Shown: piece after piece, positions 42,687 to 53,379 of the stretch
How the letters are laid out: the number at the start of each line of letters is the position of its first letter
Position numbering within the stretch: position 1 is the stretch's first letter
Origin: an uncultured Acidimicrobiia bacterium
GTDB taxonomy: Bacteria > Acidobacteriota > Terriglobia > Versatilivoradales > Versatilivoraceae
Direction: 5' to 3'
Assembly: GCA_963786955.1 (NCBI GenBank)
Contig: CAWBAT010000004.1
Coordinates: 800,001 to 864,000, forward strand
Length of the DNA: 64,000 nt
The notes under the pieces: model-generated
Database searches by the model: none
What the model was told of the DNA's origin: nothing
Seen by the model: only the letters and a program-made list of their open reading frames with translations
Position numbers and translations under genes: made by a program

Positions 42687-45035
42687 TCAATTGTTCATCT
42701 TCTGCAAGGCTCCTGCCGCGGCAACAATTTGCCCAAAGGCAATCCCACCATCATTGGGAGGAACTCGCTGATGCCAGTATGGGCGAAAACCTTCCGAACG
42801 CAGCCGCTCAATCGTCCGTTCGCTCAAATACTTGTTCTGGAAGCAGCCTCCACTCAGCACGACCCGTTCCTGTGAAATGCGCCTCGCGATGGAGATAATG
42901 ATCTCAACCAAGGCATTGTGAAAGGCCGCCGACAAACTTCCGATCGACTTCCCTGTCTTCACACCTTTAAGAATAGCGAGGACAAGTGGCTCCCAGTCTA
43001 TCACAATCAACCCATTCCGGGTTACCGATGCCCGGTCCATGATTTCATGAACTGCCGGGAGTTCCGCAGTGGTCAGCCGGTAAGGGAGAGGGGACTCGTC
43101 GGCAGCCGTTTCGGCCAAGGCGAATTCCATCTCCATCGCAGCCTGGCCTTCAAAGGTGATCGACTGGCGCAAGTCCATTAATGATGCCACCGCATCGAAT
43201 AATCGTCCTACACTGGAAGTCCAGGGGGAGTGGATGCCGTCCGCGAGCATCTGACGCAAGACATTATTGCTGGCTTTTGGTAAACTGCCTGACAGGAGCC
43301 AGTTCCTGCAAGTCGGAAAGGTTTCTCTCCGTAAATCTCAAAAAGGACACCCAGGGCGGTTCGCCTGCGGCTCTTTGACGGCGCGTTCCCCACCGGGCAG
43401 ACGGAACTTTCGAAAGCTAGCAACCCGCCGAAACCCGCACTGATCTGCCAAAAGAAATTCTCCACCCCAAACAGTCCCATCCAGTCCATACCCTGTGCCG
43501 TCCCAGGAGACTCCGAGCACTGCCCCTTCCAATCCATTCTCAGCCAGGCAGGAAACCACATGAGCGTAGTGGTGTTGCACGGAAACGACTTTCTTGCCGG
43601 ATGCCATGGCAAATCGGGTAGAGACGTAATCGGGATGAGAATCTGCCACAATCACTTCGGGATCCGAGCGGTAGAGCTGCTTGAAAACTGTTGATGACGT
43701 TGTGAAAGGCATTCACGGCTTCTTTGTTCTCCAGGTCCCCAATATGCTGGCTGATGAAGACGTTCTCACGCACGGTCATGGCGACGGTGTTCTTTAAGTG
43801 CCCACCCACCGCCAGCATCTTGGGTACTGGTTTCGAGAGTCGCAAGGGCAGCGGAGCATAGCCCCGGGCACGCCGCAATATCAGCTCGCGACCCATCATC
43901 ACTCGAGCGATGGAATCGTCGACGTGGCGTACAATCGGCCGGTTATGGACCAGGAAGAAGTCAGCGATAGCTTCCAACCGTTTGAGTGCTTCCTGTTCAT
44001 CAATGCAGATCGGCTCATCCGAGAGATTGCCGCTTGTCGCCACAACCGGAACCTTAAGCTCCCGTGTTAACAGGTGATGCAACGGAGTGTAAGGGAGCAT
44101 GATTCCAAGATACGGATTGCGCGGAGCCACGGAAGGAGAAAATTCACCCGCGGATTCTGTTCCTGGATTTTATTTTGTCGAGCAGAACAATAGGGGATTC
44201 GGGTGAGAGGAGCAATCGTTCTTCCAGCGCCGAAACATGACAAAAGTTTTTTACGGCATCGAGCGATGAACACAAGAGCGCAAACGGTTTCTCTTCACGG
44301 TGCTTGCGGGCTCGCAGGCGGCTCACCGCCTCGTCGTTCGTCGCATCGACAATCAATTGAAACCCGCCAAGCCCCTTCAGGCCGAGGATTTTTCCTTTAC
44401 GAACAACCGCACAGGCATCCAGCAAAGCCTGATGATGTAACCCTAAGACCTTCCCCTTGGGGTCCCACAGCTTGAGGTGAGGACCACATTCAGGACAGGC
44501 TGTAGGCTGCGCATGGAACCGGCGGTCAAGCGGGTCCTCATATTCTTTGCGGCATTGCGGGCACATTGCGAAGGCTTTCATCGAGGTATGGATACGATCG
44601 TAAGGGAGAGCATTGATGATCGAAAAACGAGGGCCACAGTTTGTGCAGTTGGTAAAAGGGTAGAGGTAGCGGCGATCGTTGGGATCGAATACGTCACGCA
44701 AACAATCCTGGCAAGTCGCGATGTCAGGCAAAACCAGAGTCAGGTTTTCTCCCTGATGGTCGCTGTGACGAATCTCAAAAACTCCGGAAGAAAAGAGGGT
44801 CCAGGCGGGTCGATTCAAGACTCTGGATCGAAGCAGCGCGAGGTTTTTCTTGCTCCAGGCGGAGGAGGAAAGTGTCTAGGACCCCGCCTCGCCTTCAACC
44901 TCGATGAATACCCCTTGTGGAGAGTTGAGCACCCAGCCACAAAGATTCATCTCGTGTGGCGAGACGATACACAAAGGGCCGAAATCCTACCCCTTGAACG
45001 GCCCCCCGGATGACAATATGAGCCCGTTCGATCAC
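42687..45035 (-). CDS. hypF: Carbamoyltransferase HypF (several frameshifts)
   Basis: GAVQGVGFRP, zinc fingers (CTNCGPR, CPECGP), TSGN, HHYAH, DGTGYG and PPNDGG across fragments. Confidence 0.93.
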
Positions 45036-45685
45036 GACGATGCGGATTGTTCCTTGAGCCAATGGCACCATTCAAGAATACCCGCACCGGTTGTGCAGGA
45101 AGTCTCGAATACTCTCAAGGAAGGATTAATATTGAGGGCATTCTGCTTCAAGGCTTCCAGGTTGCAGTTCACATAGGGAAGTAGATCGATTTTATTGATG
45201 ATCAAAATGGAAGCATGGCGAAACATTCCCGGATATTTAAGGGGTTTGTCATCCCCCTCCGTCGTACTGACCACAACTACTTTGAGCGCTTCGCCCAGAT
45301 CATAGTTCGCTGGACAAACCAGATTCCCGACATTTTCAATGACCAGGAGATCCAGTTGATGCAGGTCCATCTGGGCCATGGCGTCCTGGACCAACCGCGC
45401 TTCCAAGTGGCACCCCCCGTTCGTCACGATCTGGATCACGGGCACCTGGTAACGGGCCACACGTTGAGCATCAAAATCCGTTTGCACATCCCCTTCGATG
45501 ACGCCGATTCGGAGACGACCCCGCAGAATACCCAGGGTTTGCTCCAGTATGCTTGTTTTTCCAGAGCCCGGTGAACTGACCAAGTTGATCGAAAACACGC
45601 TATGCTGTTTCAATGCCGAGCGATTCAGTTGCGCGATCTCGTCATTTTTCTCCAGGACTTTTCGTTCGATGGTGATGATGTTCAT
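45032..45685 (-). CDS. hypB: Hydrogenase nickel GTPase HypB
   Basis: SPGSGKT, GCHL, ENVGNLVCP, NKIDL. Confidence 0.96.
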   Translation of the reverse strand: MNIITIERKVLEKNDEIAQLNRSALKQHSVFSINLVSSPGSGKTSILEQTLGILRGRLRIGVIEGDVQTDFDAQRVARYQVPVIQIVTNGGCHLEARLVQDAMAQMDLHQLDLLVIENVGNLVCPANYDLGEALKVVVVSTTEGDDKPLKYPGMFRHASILIINKIDLLPYVNCNLEALKQNALNINPSLRVFETSCTTGAGILEWCHWLKEQSASS

Positions 45686-46045
45686 TGAGTCTCCGACCCA
45701 TTCTCAGCCATTTCGATCTCAACTACCTGGAGTTCCGTGCCAGAGATGAGCTTAATATCGTGGCTCCCGCACTCCGGGCAGAGGAAAAGGGGACCTTTAA
45801 TCTTGGAGGTTTCCCCACAATCCGCACAATGCAACTGCGTCTCAACTCGTTCGATATTGAGTCTTAGCTTGTCTCAGAGACGTATCGCTGGTGATGGCGG
45901 AAAAACAAAAATCGAGCGACTCCGGCACAACTCCCGACAACCCGCCTAATCGAACCTTTATGGACTGAACTTCGGCGGAGCAGGTCTCCGGAATAGATTC
46001 ACGGACAATATCCAGAATGCTTTGAGCAATGGATAACTCGTGCAT
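45682..46045 (-). CDS. hypA: Hydrogenase nickel chaperone HypA (frameshifted)
   Basis: MHELSIA; two CxxC motifs in the shifted frame. Confidence 0.9.
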
Positions 46046-46068
46046 GATCAGGCGGCCATTCCGTTCAT

Positions 46069-46557
46069 CTATACAATAACACGGGACGTGGTAACACCGG
46101 CTATCGAATTCAATAAGGAATGGACCAACTGAGTGATTCGAGGGAGAGATTCCGCCACCGCCGGGGAAAGTTCTGTGCGCAGAGATTGTATCTCGGCAAT
46201 CGAAATCGTGACGAGATAGATTTTAGGGAGTGGACCCAGCAGCACCGCTGATTCGATAAGATCTCTCAATCCAATATCATGAGCGCTGAGCGCGCGGGGA
46301 AAGTCCGAGGCAAAGCGCGGTTCAATGATACGCAGGGATCCGGCCGGCTGGCCGTCCATCGTCGCATCGATCATGACGATCGTTTCATAGTCGGAAAAGT
46401 AAGAGAGAAGATGGAAGCCACCCGTACCGCCATCAACCAAAGTAACAAAGGGCGGGAGTTTTTCGCGCTCAAGTTCATGAATCGCGTGAACTCCCACCCC
46501 TTCATCTCCCAACAAGTAATTTCCGATGCCTAAGACAAGAATTTCAGGTTTAGCCAT
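46069..46557 (-). CDS. Hydrogenase maturation endopeptidase (HyaD/HybD family)
   Basis: GIGNYLLGDEGVG, DGGT, SAHDIGL. Confidence 0.93.
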   Translation of the reverse strand: MAKPEILVLGIGNYLLGDEGVGVHAIHELEREKLPPFVTLVDGGTGGFHLLSYFSDYETIVMIDATMDGQPAGSLRIIEPRFASDFPRALSAHDIGLRDLIESAVLLGPLPKIYLVTISIAEIQSLRTELSPAVAESLPRITQLVHSLLNSIAGVTTSRVIV

Positions 46558-46641
46558 GATCGAAGAAAGTCACGTTTGCGGTTTTCAAGCAGCCGCGACC
46601 ATCGCAAAAAGCATGGCGGTCTTGGCTGCCACTAGGAATCA

Positions 46642-47320
46642 TCAACTGTTTCGCTTTTCGATAAACTTCCAGCCTCCGGCCATGGAAGAAAACACTCCTC
46701 GTCCTTCTACATAATCGTGGTAGAAGACCAGGTAAACATGCACTATGGAAAATATAATAAAAAACCACATCATCATGTGGTGCCACTGGCGCACAGCGAA
46801 ATCGCCTCCCATCAACGGGACGATCCAGGCAAACAAATGCGGCAGCCAGGCCTTACTCATGGCGGAGTACATCGCCGAATCCCGTCAGACTTTGAAACAC
46901 AAACGCCAGAAAAGTCAGAAAGTAGGTGAGCCCTGCCAAGCGTGTTGTGCCCGATGGAGTCAATGGGTTTGGCACTGGATTGGAGGATGTCCACTTTAAG
47001 GACTTCCACCAATTCCTTCCACTGGCTCCGCTTTCAAGGGGATGAAGAAATGCCAGCGGGCATAGCGTGTTTCCGACAAATCCCCAATAGATCCGGAAGA
47101 GAAAGTTAAAGAAAAAGATGAACGCGGCCACAAAATGGAGAAACCGGACCGTCCCGAACCAATAGCCGAAGGCCGCTTCTCCGCCAACCTGGAGGGATAG
47201 GGGACGGCCAATGACGAAGCCGGTCGCGATCAAGACGCCCACGCAAAGGGAATTGATCCAGTGGTAGAAGCGGACGGGCAGTTCCCAGACATAAACTCTC
47301 TGCATTGTCGTCGTTCCCAT
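46642..47320 (-). CDS. hyaC: [NiFe]-hydrogenase cytochrome b subunit (frameshifted)
   Basis: VWELPVRFYHW, RFLHF, RQWHH..MW, HVY. Confidence 0.9.
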
Positions 47321-47329
47321 AAACCCCTC

Positions 47330-49048
47330 CTAAAACGTGTTGAGGTGATGGACTGTGCTGCCTTTTTCGTCGTACAGGTGCACGGCACAAGCCAGGCAGG
47401 GATCGAAGGAATGAATCGTTCTGAGCACCTCCAGGGGTTGCTCGGGATTATGAACCGGAGTCCCGATCAGCGAGGCTTCGTAGGCTGACATTTGCCCGAG
47501 GTGGTCCCGGGGAGAAGCATTCCACGTGCTCGGAACGACCAGCTGGTAGTTGGCAATCTTCTTGTCTTTAATCACGATCCAATGAGCCAGTGCGCCTCGG
47601 GGAGCCTCAGAAAGCCCAACCCCTTCGGCCACCGCCGGCCAGGTGTCTGGTTCCCACTTGGCATCGTTAAAGGTCCGCGTATCGCCATTCTTGATATTGC
47701 TGATGAGCTGGTCGAAGAACTCATTGGACCAATGTGCGATCAGCCGGGTTTCCAACCCGCGCGCGGCGGTTCTGCCAAGCGTCGAGAAAAGAGCCTCGAC
47801 AGGAACGTTTAGCTTCTTCAGGGCTTCATTCACCACTTCCTTGACATCTTCCCGACCAGATGCATAAGCAACGAGCAACCGGGCCAGGGGACCGACTTCC
47901 ATGGCATGTTCATTCCAACGCGGGGTTTTCAACCAACTGTATTTTTGTTGAACATTCAGCTGCTCGTAAGGAGGTTTAGGGCCTGTGTATTTTAGTTTGG
48001 TTTCGCCTTCCCATGGATGTCTGGCGATTGTGTTTTCCCCGGAATACTCATACCATGAGTGGGAGATGTATTCTTGAATCTCCTTGCGGTTCTTGCCATC
48101 CACGGGCAAGACTTCTTTCAGATTCCGATCGAGGATGACTCCACGCGGAAACTTAAACTTGGCAGGTTCAGAGTAGCCATTAGTGGGCAGATCGCCATAC
48201 GCCAGGTAGTTCTTAAGACCTCCACCAATCGCCCCCCAATCTTTATAGAAGGAGGCTACCGCCATCAGATCCGGCAGATAGACCTGTTCGACGAACTCTT
48301 TGGCTTGATCCAGCAATTGTTTCACATGAGCCAATCGTTCAGCATTGATGGCATTCGACTCGTCCAGATTAATCGAGCAAGGTGCCCCTCCAACCAGATA
48401 ATTGGGGTGCGGGTTCTTTCCCCCGAAAATGGTATGAATCTTCACAATTTCTTTTTGCCACTCAAGAGCCTCCAGATAATGGGCCGTTCCGATGAGATTC
48501 ACTTCAGGCGGTAACTTATATGCCGGATGCCCCCAGTAGGCATTGGCGAAGATGCCCAACTGGCCGCTACTCACAAAAGCGGTCAGCCTCTTTTGGATAT
48601 CTGAGAAATACATTGGAGAACTCTTGGGCCAATTGGAAAGGCTCTGGGCAAGCTCCGACGTTTTCTTAGGGTCTGCTTTCAGCGCGCTCACCACGTCGAC
48701 CCAGTCCAACGCGTGAAGGTGGTAGAAATGGACGACATGGTCTTGCATATATTGCGTGCAGAACATCAAATTGCGGATCAGTTCGGCATTGGGTGGCACT
48801 GTAATCCCTAATGCGTCTTCCACCGTGCGCACCGACGCCAAGGCATGGACTGTAGTGCAAACCCCGCAGGCGCGCTCCGTGAAAGCCCAGGCGTCCCGTG
48901 GATCCCTGCCTTTGAGGATGATTTCAAAGCCACGGACCATGGTTCCTGAACTGTAAGCGTCAACGACTTTTCCATCCTTGACTTCCACTTCGATGCGAAG
49001 ATGCCCCTCAATTCGGGTAATCGGGTCAATCACGATTCGGTTAGCCAT
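47330..49048 (-). CDS. hyaB: Membrane-bound [NiFe]-hydrogenase large subunit (group 1)
   Basis: RIEGH, L1 ERACGVC, L2 FDPCLACAVH, cleavable C-terminal tail. Confidence 0.97.
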   Translation of the reverse strand: MANRIVIDPITRIEGHLRIEVEVKDGKVVDAYSSGTMVRGFEIILKGRDPRDAWAFTERACGVCTTVHALASVRTVEDALGITVPPNAELIRNLMFCTQYMQDHVVHFYHLHALDWVDVVSALKADPKKTSELAQSLSNWPKSSPMYFSDIQKRLTAFVSSGQLGIFANAYWGHPAYKLPPEVNLIGTAHYLEALEWQKEIVKIHTIFGGKNPHPNYLVGGAPCSINLDESNAINAERLAHVKQLLDQAKEFVEQVYLPDLMAVASFYKDWGAIGGGLKNYLAYGDLPTNGYSEPAKFKFPRGVILDRNLKEVLPVDGKNRKEIQEYISHSWYEYSGENTIARHPWEGETKLKYTGPKPPYEQLNVQQKYSWLKTPRWNEHAMEVGPLARLLVAYASGREDVKEVVNEALKKLNVPVEALFSTLGRTAARGLETRLIAHWSNEFFDQLISNIKNGDTRTFNDAKWEPDTWPAVAEGVGLSEAPRGALAHWIVIKDKKIANYQLVVPSTWNASPRDHLGQMSAYEASLIGTPVHNPEQPLEVLRTIHSFDPCLACAVHLYDEKGSTVHHLNTF

Positions 49049-50170
49049 TATTCATCTCCTTTCTTCGTATCCGAAGTGTTTCGGCTGCTCTCGATTTCCT
49101 CAAGGATGAGTTTGCGTTTTCGGATATTGGTCGAGATGGCGTGACCGGCAATACCGATCAATGTCCCAGCTCCCACAACGAGGCCGACTTTATCCGCTGT
49201 CGTCTCAATCCCGAACCCCGGGAAAGAAGCCAGGTGCTGATAGAACGGGCCGTTGTCCCAGAAATTGGCCTCGCTGCAGCCGATGCAGCCATGGCCGGAT
49301 TGGATTGGGAAACTGACGCCGTTGTTCCAACGCATCACGCCGCAGGCGTTGTAGGTGACCGGTCCGCGGCATCCCATTTTGTAGAGACAATAACCCGCGC
49401 TTGGCATTCTCATCATCAAAGGCCTGGACGAATAAGCCCGCATCATAGTTGGGCCTTCGGTAGCAGGTATCGTGAACACGCCGGGAATAGAAAGCCTTCG
49501 GCCGTCCAAGTCCGTCCAGTTGGGGGATACGCTCAAACGCAAGCAAATGAACGATCGTTCCCGCCATGACCTCGGCAATCGGTGGACACCCAGGAACGTT
49601 GATGATCGGCTTGCCGGAGACGAGTTTGTGAATCGGCGTTGCTCCCGTCGGATTGGGTTTGGCCGCCTGAATACAGCCATTCGAAGCACAGCTTCCCCAA
49701 GCCACAATCGCCTTGGCGTCGCTGGCAGCTTCTTTAAGAATATCGAGCGCCGTTTTGCCGGCAATACAGCAGTAAACGCCGTCTTCCTCGGTTGGCACCG
49801 AACCTTCAACCAGCATCAAGTATTGGCCCTTGAATTGAGTCATGGTCTTATGCAGAGCCTCTTCGGCCTGTTTGCCGGCCGCTGCCTGCAAGGTCTCGGT
49901 GTAATCGAGGGAGACTTTGTCCAGAATGATATCCGCGACGATAGGATGAGAAGAGCGAATGAAGGACTCACTACAACATGTACACTCCTGAAAATGGAAC
50001 CAGACAACAGGAAGGCGCGGCTTCTTATCGAGGGCTTCCACGACCTTTGGGAGCATGGTGGATTCGATGCCAGCAGCAGCAGCGATCCAGCCGCAAAACT
50101 GCAGGAAATCGCGTCGTGAGTAGCCTAGCATTTGAGCCTGTTCCCAGATAGTAAGGGGTTTATCGCTCAT
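49048..50170 (-). CDS. hyaA: Membrane-bound [NiFe]-hydrogenase small subunit (frameshift near 49400)
   Basis: SRRDFL Tat motif, [29 protein letters not shown]-terminal TM anchor. Confidence 0.95.
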
Positions 50171-50214
50171 CGAGACCTCCTTCAATATTTGATGTGGAGA
50201 CACTCATTCCCGGT

Positions 50215-50469
50215 CTAGTTGATTTGCTTTACAAAATCAGGGTCGAGTTCGTCATTGAGATCTTGAGATCTGATCCGGTCGATCGTGATCTTGGCTTCAA
50301 TGATGACCCGATCTCCGAGATGAGCGTCCTGAAGATTCTCAGCAGTGATATCCAGCAAGTTCGAATGCTTTAGGGCGATCTTGGTCAGACAATGCCCCCC
50401 CTTTTCGAAGATCTCAACGACTTCCCCCGGAAGTGAAAGAAGATGGGTCTGACCTGGCTCGATCACCAT
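50215..50469 (-). CDS. Small protein with a weak HypC/OB-fold-like pattern
   Basis: LSLPGEVVEI...HLGDRVII; lies between the sigma-54 promoter and the small-subunit gene. Confidence 0.5.
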   Translation of the reverse strand: MVIEPGQTHLLSLPGEVVEIFEKGGHCLTKIALKHSNLLDITAENLQDAHLGDRVIIEAKITIDRIRSQDLNDELDPDFVKQIN

Positions 50470-50532
50470 GGCAGCAATGAATTGTTGTCGTGAATTGATT
50501 GGATCCCATTCCAACTGGCTGAAGCTACTTAA

Positions 50533-50547
50533 GCAAATCGATTGCCA
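50533..50547 (-). promoter_or_regulatory. Sigma-54 promoter of the hydrogenase operon
   Basis: Minus strand TGGCAA-TCGAT-TTGC. Confidence 0.75.
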
Positions 50548-50598
50548 CTAAAATGGACTGGAAAAGTGAATAGAATATAAGGTTTGAGATCCGGCAGG

Positions 50599-50636
50599 TA
50601 ACGGGAATCCGTTAGGATGTTTGCGGAATTCCGTTA
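50599..50636. promoter_or_regulatory. Tandem palindromic activator-binding sites (candidate UAS)
   Basis: TAACGG-GAAT-CCGTTA and TTGCGG-AATT-CCGTTA 22 bp apart, upstream of the sigma-54 promoter. Confidence 0.55.
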
Positions 50637-50997
50637 GTCATAACGCCCCTTGTGACGGGGGAGAGAAAGAGGAAATCCTGCTTTAGCTAGCAGTACGGAA
50701 GCTGTTTCAACGAAACGAGGTGGAGCGGGCGCTCCGGCCTGCACAAATGTTGTAGCGGCGGTCTGTGACCGTCGTGTTCTTTTCATTTCAATGGATTCGT
50801 CGGCCTTCCTTTGGCACAGGCCATCGTCCCCCCTTGCACAAGGGGGGGAGCTGTGAGCGGGAGTCTGTGCCCGCGGAAAAGCCCACGATGAATGCAGAAA
50901 ACGCTTTCATCGTGGCTTCCAAAGCTTTGCGATTCCCATGGTAAGGTGGAGCGGGGGACAGCTGGCCCACGTGCTCGTTCTACCCAAACAATCAGCA

Positions 50998-51982
50998 CTA
51001 ACAAGGATCCGTGTGGTTTTCCAACCCATACTTTTTCAATTTGTCGCGGAGGGTGGAGAGGCTGAGGCCGAGAACTTTGGCGGCCTGGCTGCGGTTACCG
51101 CCCGTTTCCTGGAGGGCCTGCTTCAGCAAGTTGACTTCGAGGCAGGTGATGACGTCATTGAATTGAAGCGATTCTTCCATGAAACATTTCGTGCAAGCCT
51201 TGACCAGAAGCTCGACAGGATGGCCGTCGTGAAGCTCGGGAGGGAGATCCTGCAGGTTAATCTCGCTGAGTCGCAAACAGTGCCAGCCGTTGCATAATGT
51301 TTCTGAGTTCGCGGACATTCCCCGGCCAATCATAATGGGCCAATGCCTCTTGGGCCTCCGGCGACACAGAGAGGGCTTTGCCAGGCGCGAACCGTTTCAA
51401 AAAATGTTGTAACAATAAGGGGAGGTCTTCGCGCCGCTCACGCAACGGAGGAATTTGAACCGGGAAAACATTGATCCGGTAATAGAGATCCGCCCGAAAG
51501 GAACCGTGCTCCACCATTTCTTTCAAGCTTACTTTGGAGGCTGCAATCAAACGAACATCAATCGGGATGGTCGCAGATCCTCCAACCCGAAGGACTTCCT
51601 GCGATTCCAAAACGCGGAGCAATTTGGATTGCGTGGGCATAGGAACATCGTCGATGTCGTCAAGGAACAGGCTTCCCGTATGGGCAAGCTCAAACAACCC
51701 CTTCTTTTCGCTCACGGCACTGGTGAAGGATCCTCTTTCGTGACCGAAGAGCTCACTTTCGAGCAGATCATGAGGCATCGCCGAAAGGGCAATTTTGACA
51801 AATGGGCGATCACTCCTCGGGCTTGCCCTGTGGATGTAATCGGCAAAGAGCTCTTTTCCGACGCCTGTTTCGCCTATCAACAATATCGTGCTGTCGGATG
51901 CGGCAATGGCTTCGACGCGGGATAAGATCAAACGCATCTTCTCGCTTTGGGTGACGATGGCAAGAGATGGAAGGGGCTTCAT
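50998..51982 (-). CDS. Sigma-54 enhancer-binding protein without an N-terminal sensor domain (frameshift near 51290)
   Basis: Begins almost directly at the AAA+ domain: GETGVGKE, GSFTSA, FLDDI, WPGNVRE; HTH in ORF 50998..51333. Confidence 0.85.
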
Positions 51983-52167
51983 GACCGGACCTTCTTTAGG
52001 GAACCTTAGGCACCCAAGATCCATAGGAGACGATGTCTCACACTACATGACTGGCAGGAGGAAGTCAATCGATCGACTAAGCAAGCGGAAGGGAAACAAA
52101 GGACCTCGTGATTGCCGTAGGCCGGGTCCGTCGGCCCCGCGGAATGGTATCTCAACTGCTTCCCGAA

Positions 52168-52767
52168 TTACACAACAGGTCTCTCTTCACCCTCACTTCG
52201 AACCATGGCTTCCAAAACCATCCTCGGACAGATGGCTCCGTGGATGTAATCCACCAAGCTCGTCGCGACGGCACGGATGCGCTTCTCCACAGAACTGTCC
52301 AGGCACCGCCCTTCTTTGTCGAAAAGTTGCTGTACATTGGCGACGGACACAAGGCTCGGAAGGACGATGGCACCGACATGGGAACACACGCTGCGGAGGT
52401 GTTCCAAAGATTTGATGGCTCCAATCTGTCCGGCTGCCACACCAAGCAAGGAAATAGGCTTGCCTGCCAGCACACTCGGGAAACCCAAGTTTTCAATCGC
52501 CAGCTTGATCACGCTGCTGAAGCTTCCGTGATACTCGGGAGTGGCCAGGACAACCCCTGTAGCGCCCTTGACGGACTCCCGGAAACGCTCGCTGGAATTA
52601 TCCCGCGACGGGGTGCCGGGAAAAGGAAGGTCGTACTCTGCGAGATCGATGGCCTCCACATCCACATCTTTCTGCTTCGCGAACTCACTCAACACTACCG
52701 CCAGCGCCATGGAAGTGTAATTCTTCGGCCTCACGCTCCCGCAAATCGTCACAATTTTAATTGGCAT
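52168..52767 (-). CDS. NADPH-dependent FMN reductase
   Basis: GSVRP, TPEYHGS, GKP. Confidence 0.88.
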   Translation of the reverse strand: MPIKIVTICGSVRPKNYTSMALAVVLSEFAKQKDVDVEAIDLAEYDLPFPGTPSRDNSSERFRESVKGATGVVLATPEYHGSFSSVIKLAIENLGFPSVLAGKPISLLGVAAGQIGAIKSLEHLRSVCSHVGAIVLPSLVSVANVQQLFDKEGRCLDSSVEKRIRAVATSLVDYIHGAICPRMVLEAMVRSEGEERPVV

Positions 52768-52895
52768 AACCCTTCCTTTCACTCTCGGAGAAATGGCGTG
52801 TTTCTGCGTGCGTTCAAATCCGTCACACCTCCATCATGCTCGCATAGAACAGTCACTGTCAAAGGAGTTTCCTCGCTCAGCAGTTTCCCCTGGTT

Positions 52896-53279
52896 TCATC
52901 TCATACCGATCAGCCAGTTCGTGATGAACGCCGAAAGTGGCAGATAGATAGTCTCTGAAATGATGCCTGCCATGGCCTCTTTCCAAGAGTAGCCGGGGCC
53001 AATCGCATTCCCAAACTCTCCAACGACGAACATGACCCACCAGGCAAAGGCATAGAGGAGCCAGTGGCTGCTAAATGAATTCCGGGCAACATAGAAAATA
53101 AGCACAAAGGCAAACGCCGTCCCTGTTTTGGAGACAAATATACTCAAGAGAAATCGAGCAGGGGAGACATTTGAGGGCGGCTTCAGGTCAGTAAGAACCG
53201 TGAACAGACTGTATACCAGAAAAGGGACGATATAGATGATGGCTAATACAGTGAGCATACTCAGGATAATACGTAGCAT
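52896..53279 (-). CDS. Hypothetical membrane protein (about 4 TM)
   Basis: Hydrophobic ORF starting at MLRIIL. Confidence 0.6.
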   Translation of the reverse strand: MLRIILSMLTVLAIIYIVPFLVYSLFTVLTDLKPPSNVSPARFLLSIFVSKTGTAFAFVLIFYVARNSFSSHWLLYAFAWWVMFVVGEFGNAIGPGYSWKEAMAGIISETIYLPLSAFITNWLIGMR

Positions 53280-53379
53280 GGGCACCTTACTTTCTGAGAG
53301 CCAAACGCGGAACGATCCTCTTTTCAAAACTCCACCCGAAGGATCTCCATGCAAACAGCAGAGAAGACCTTCGAACAGG

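Noticed and set aside
47330-47420. Selenocysteine-containing [NiFeSe] hydrogenase
   Set aside because: The L2 motif is DPCLAC with ordinary Cys codons.
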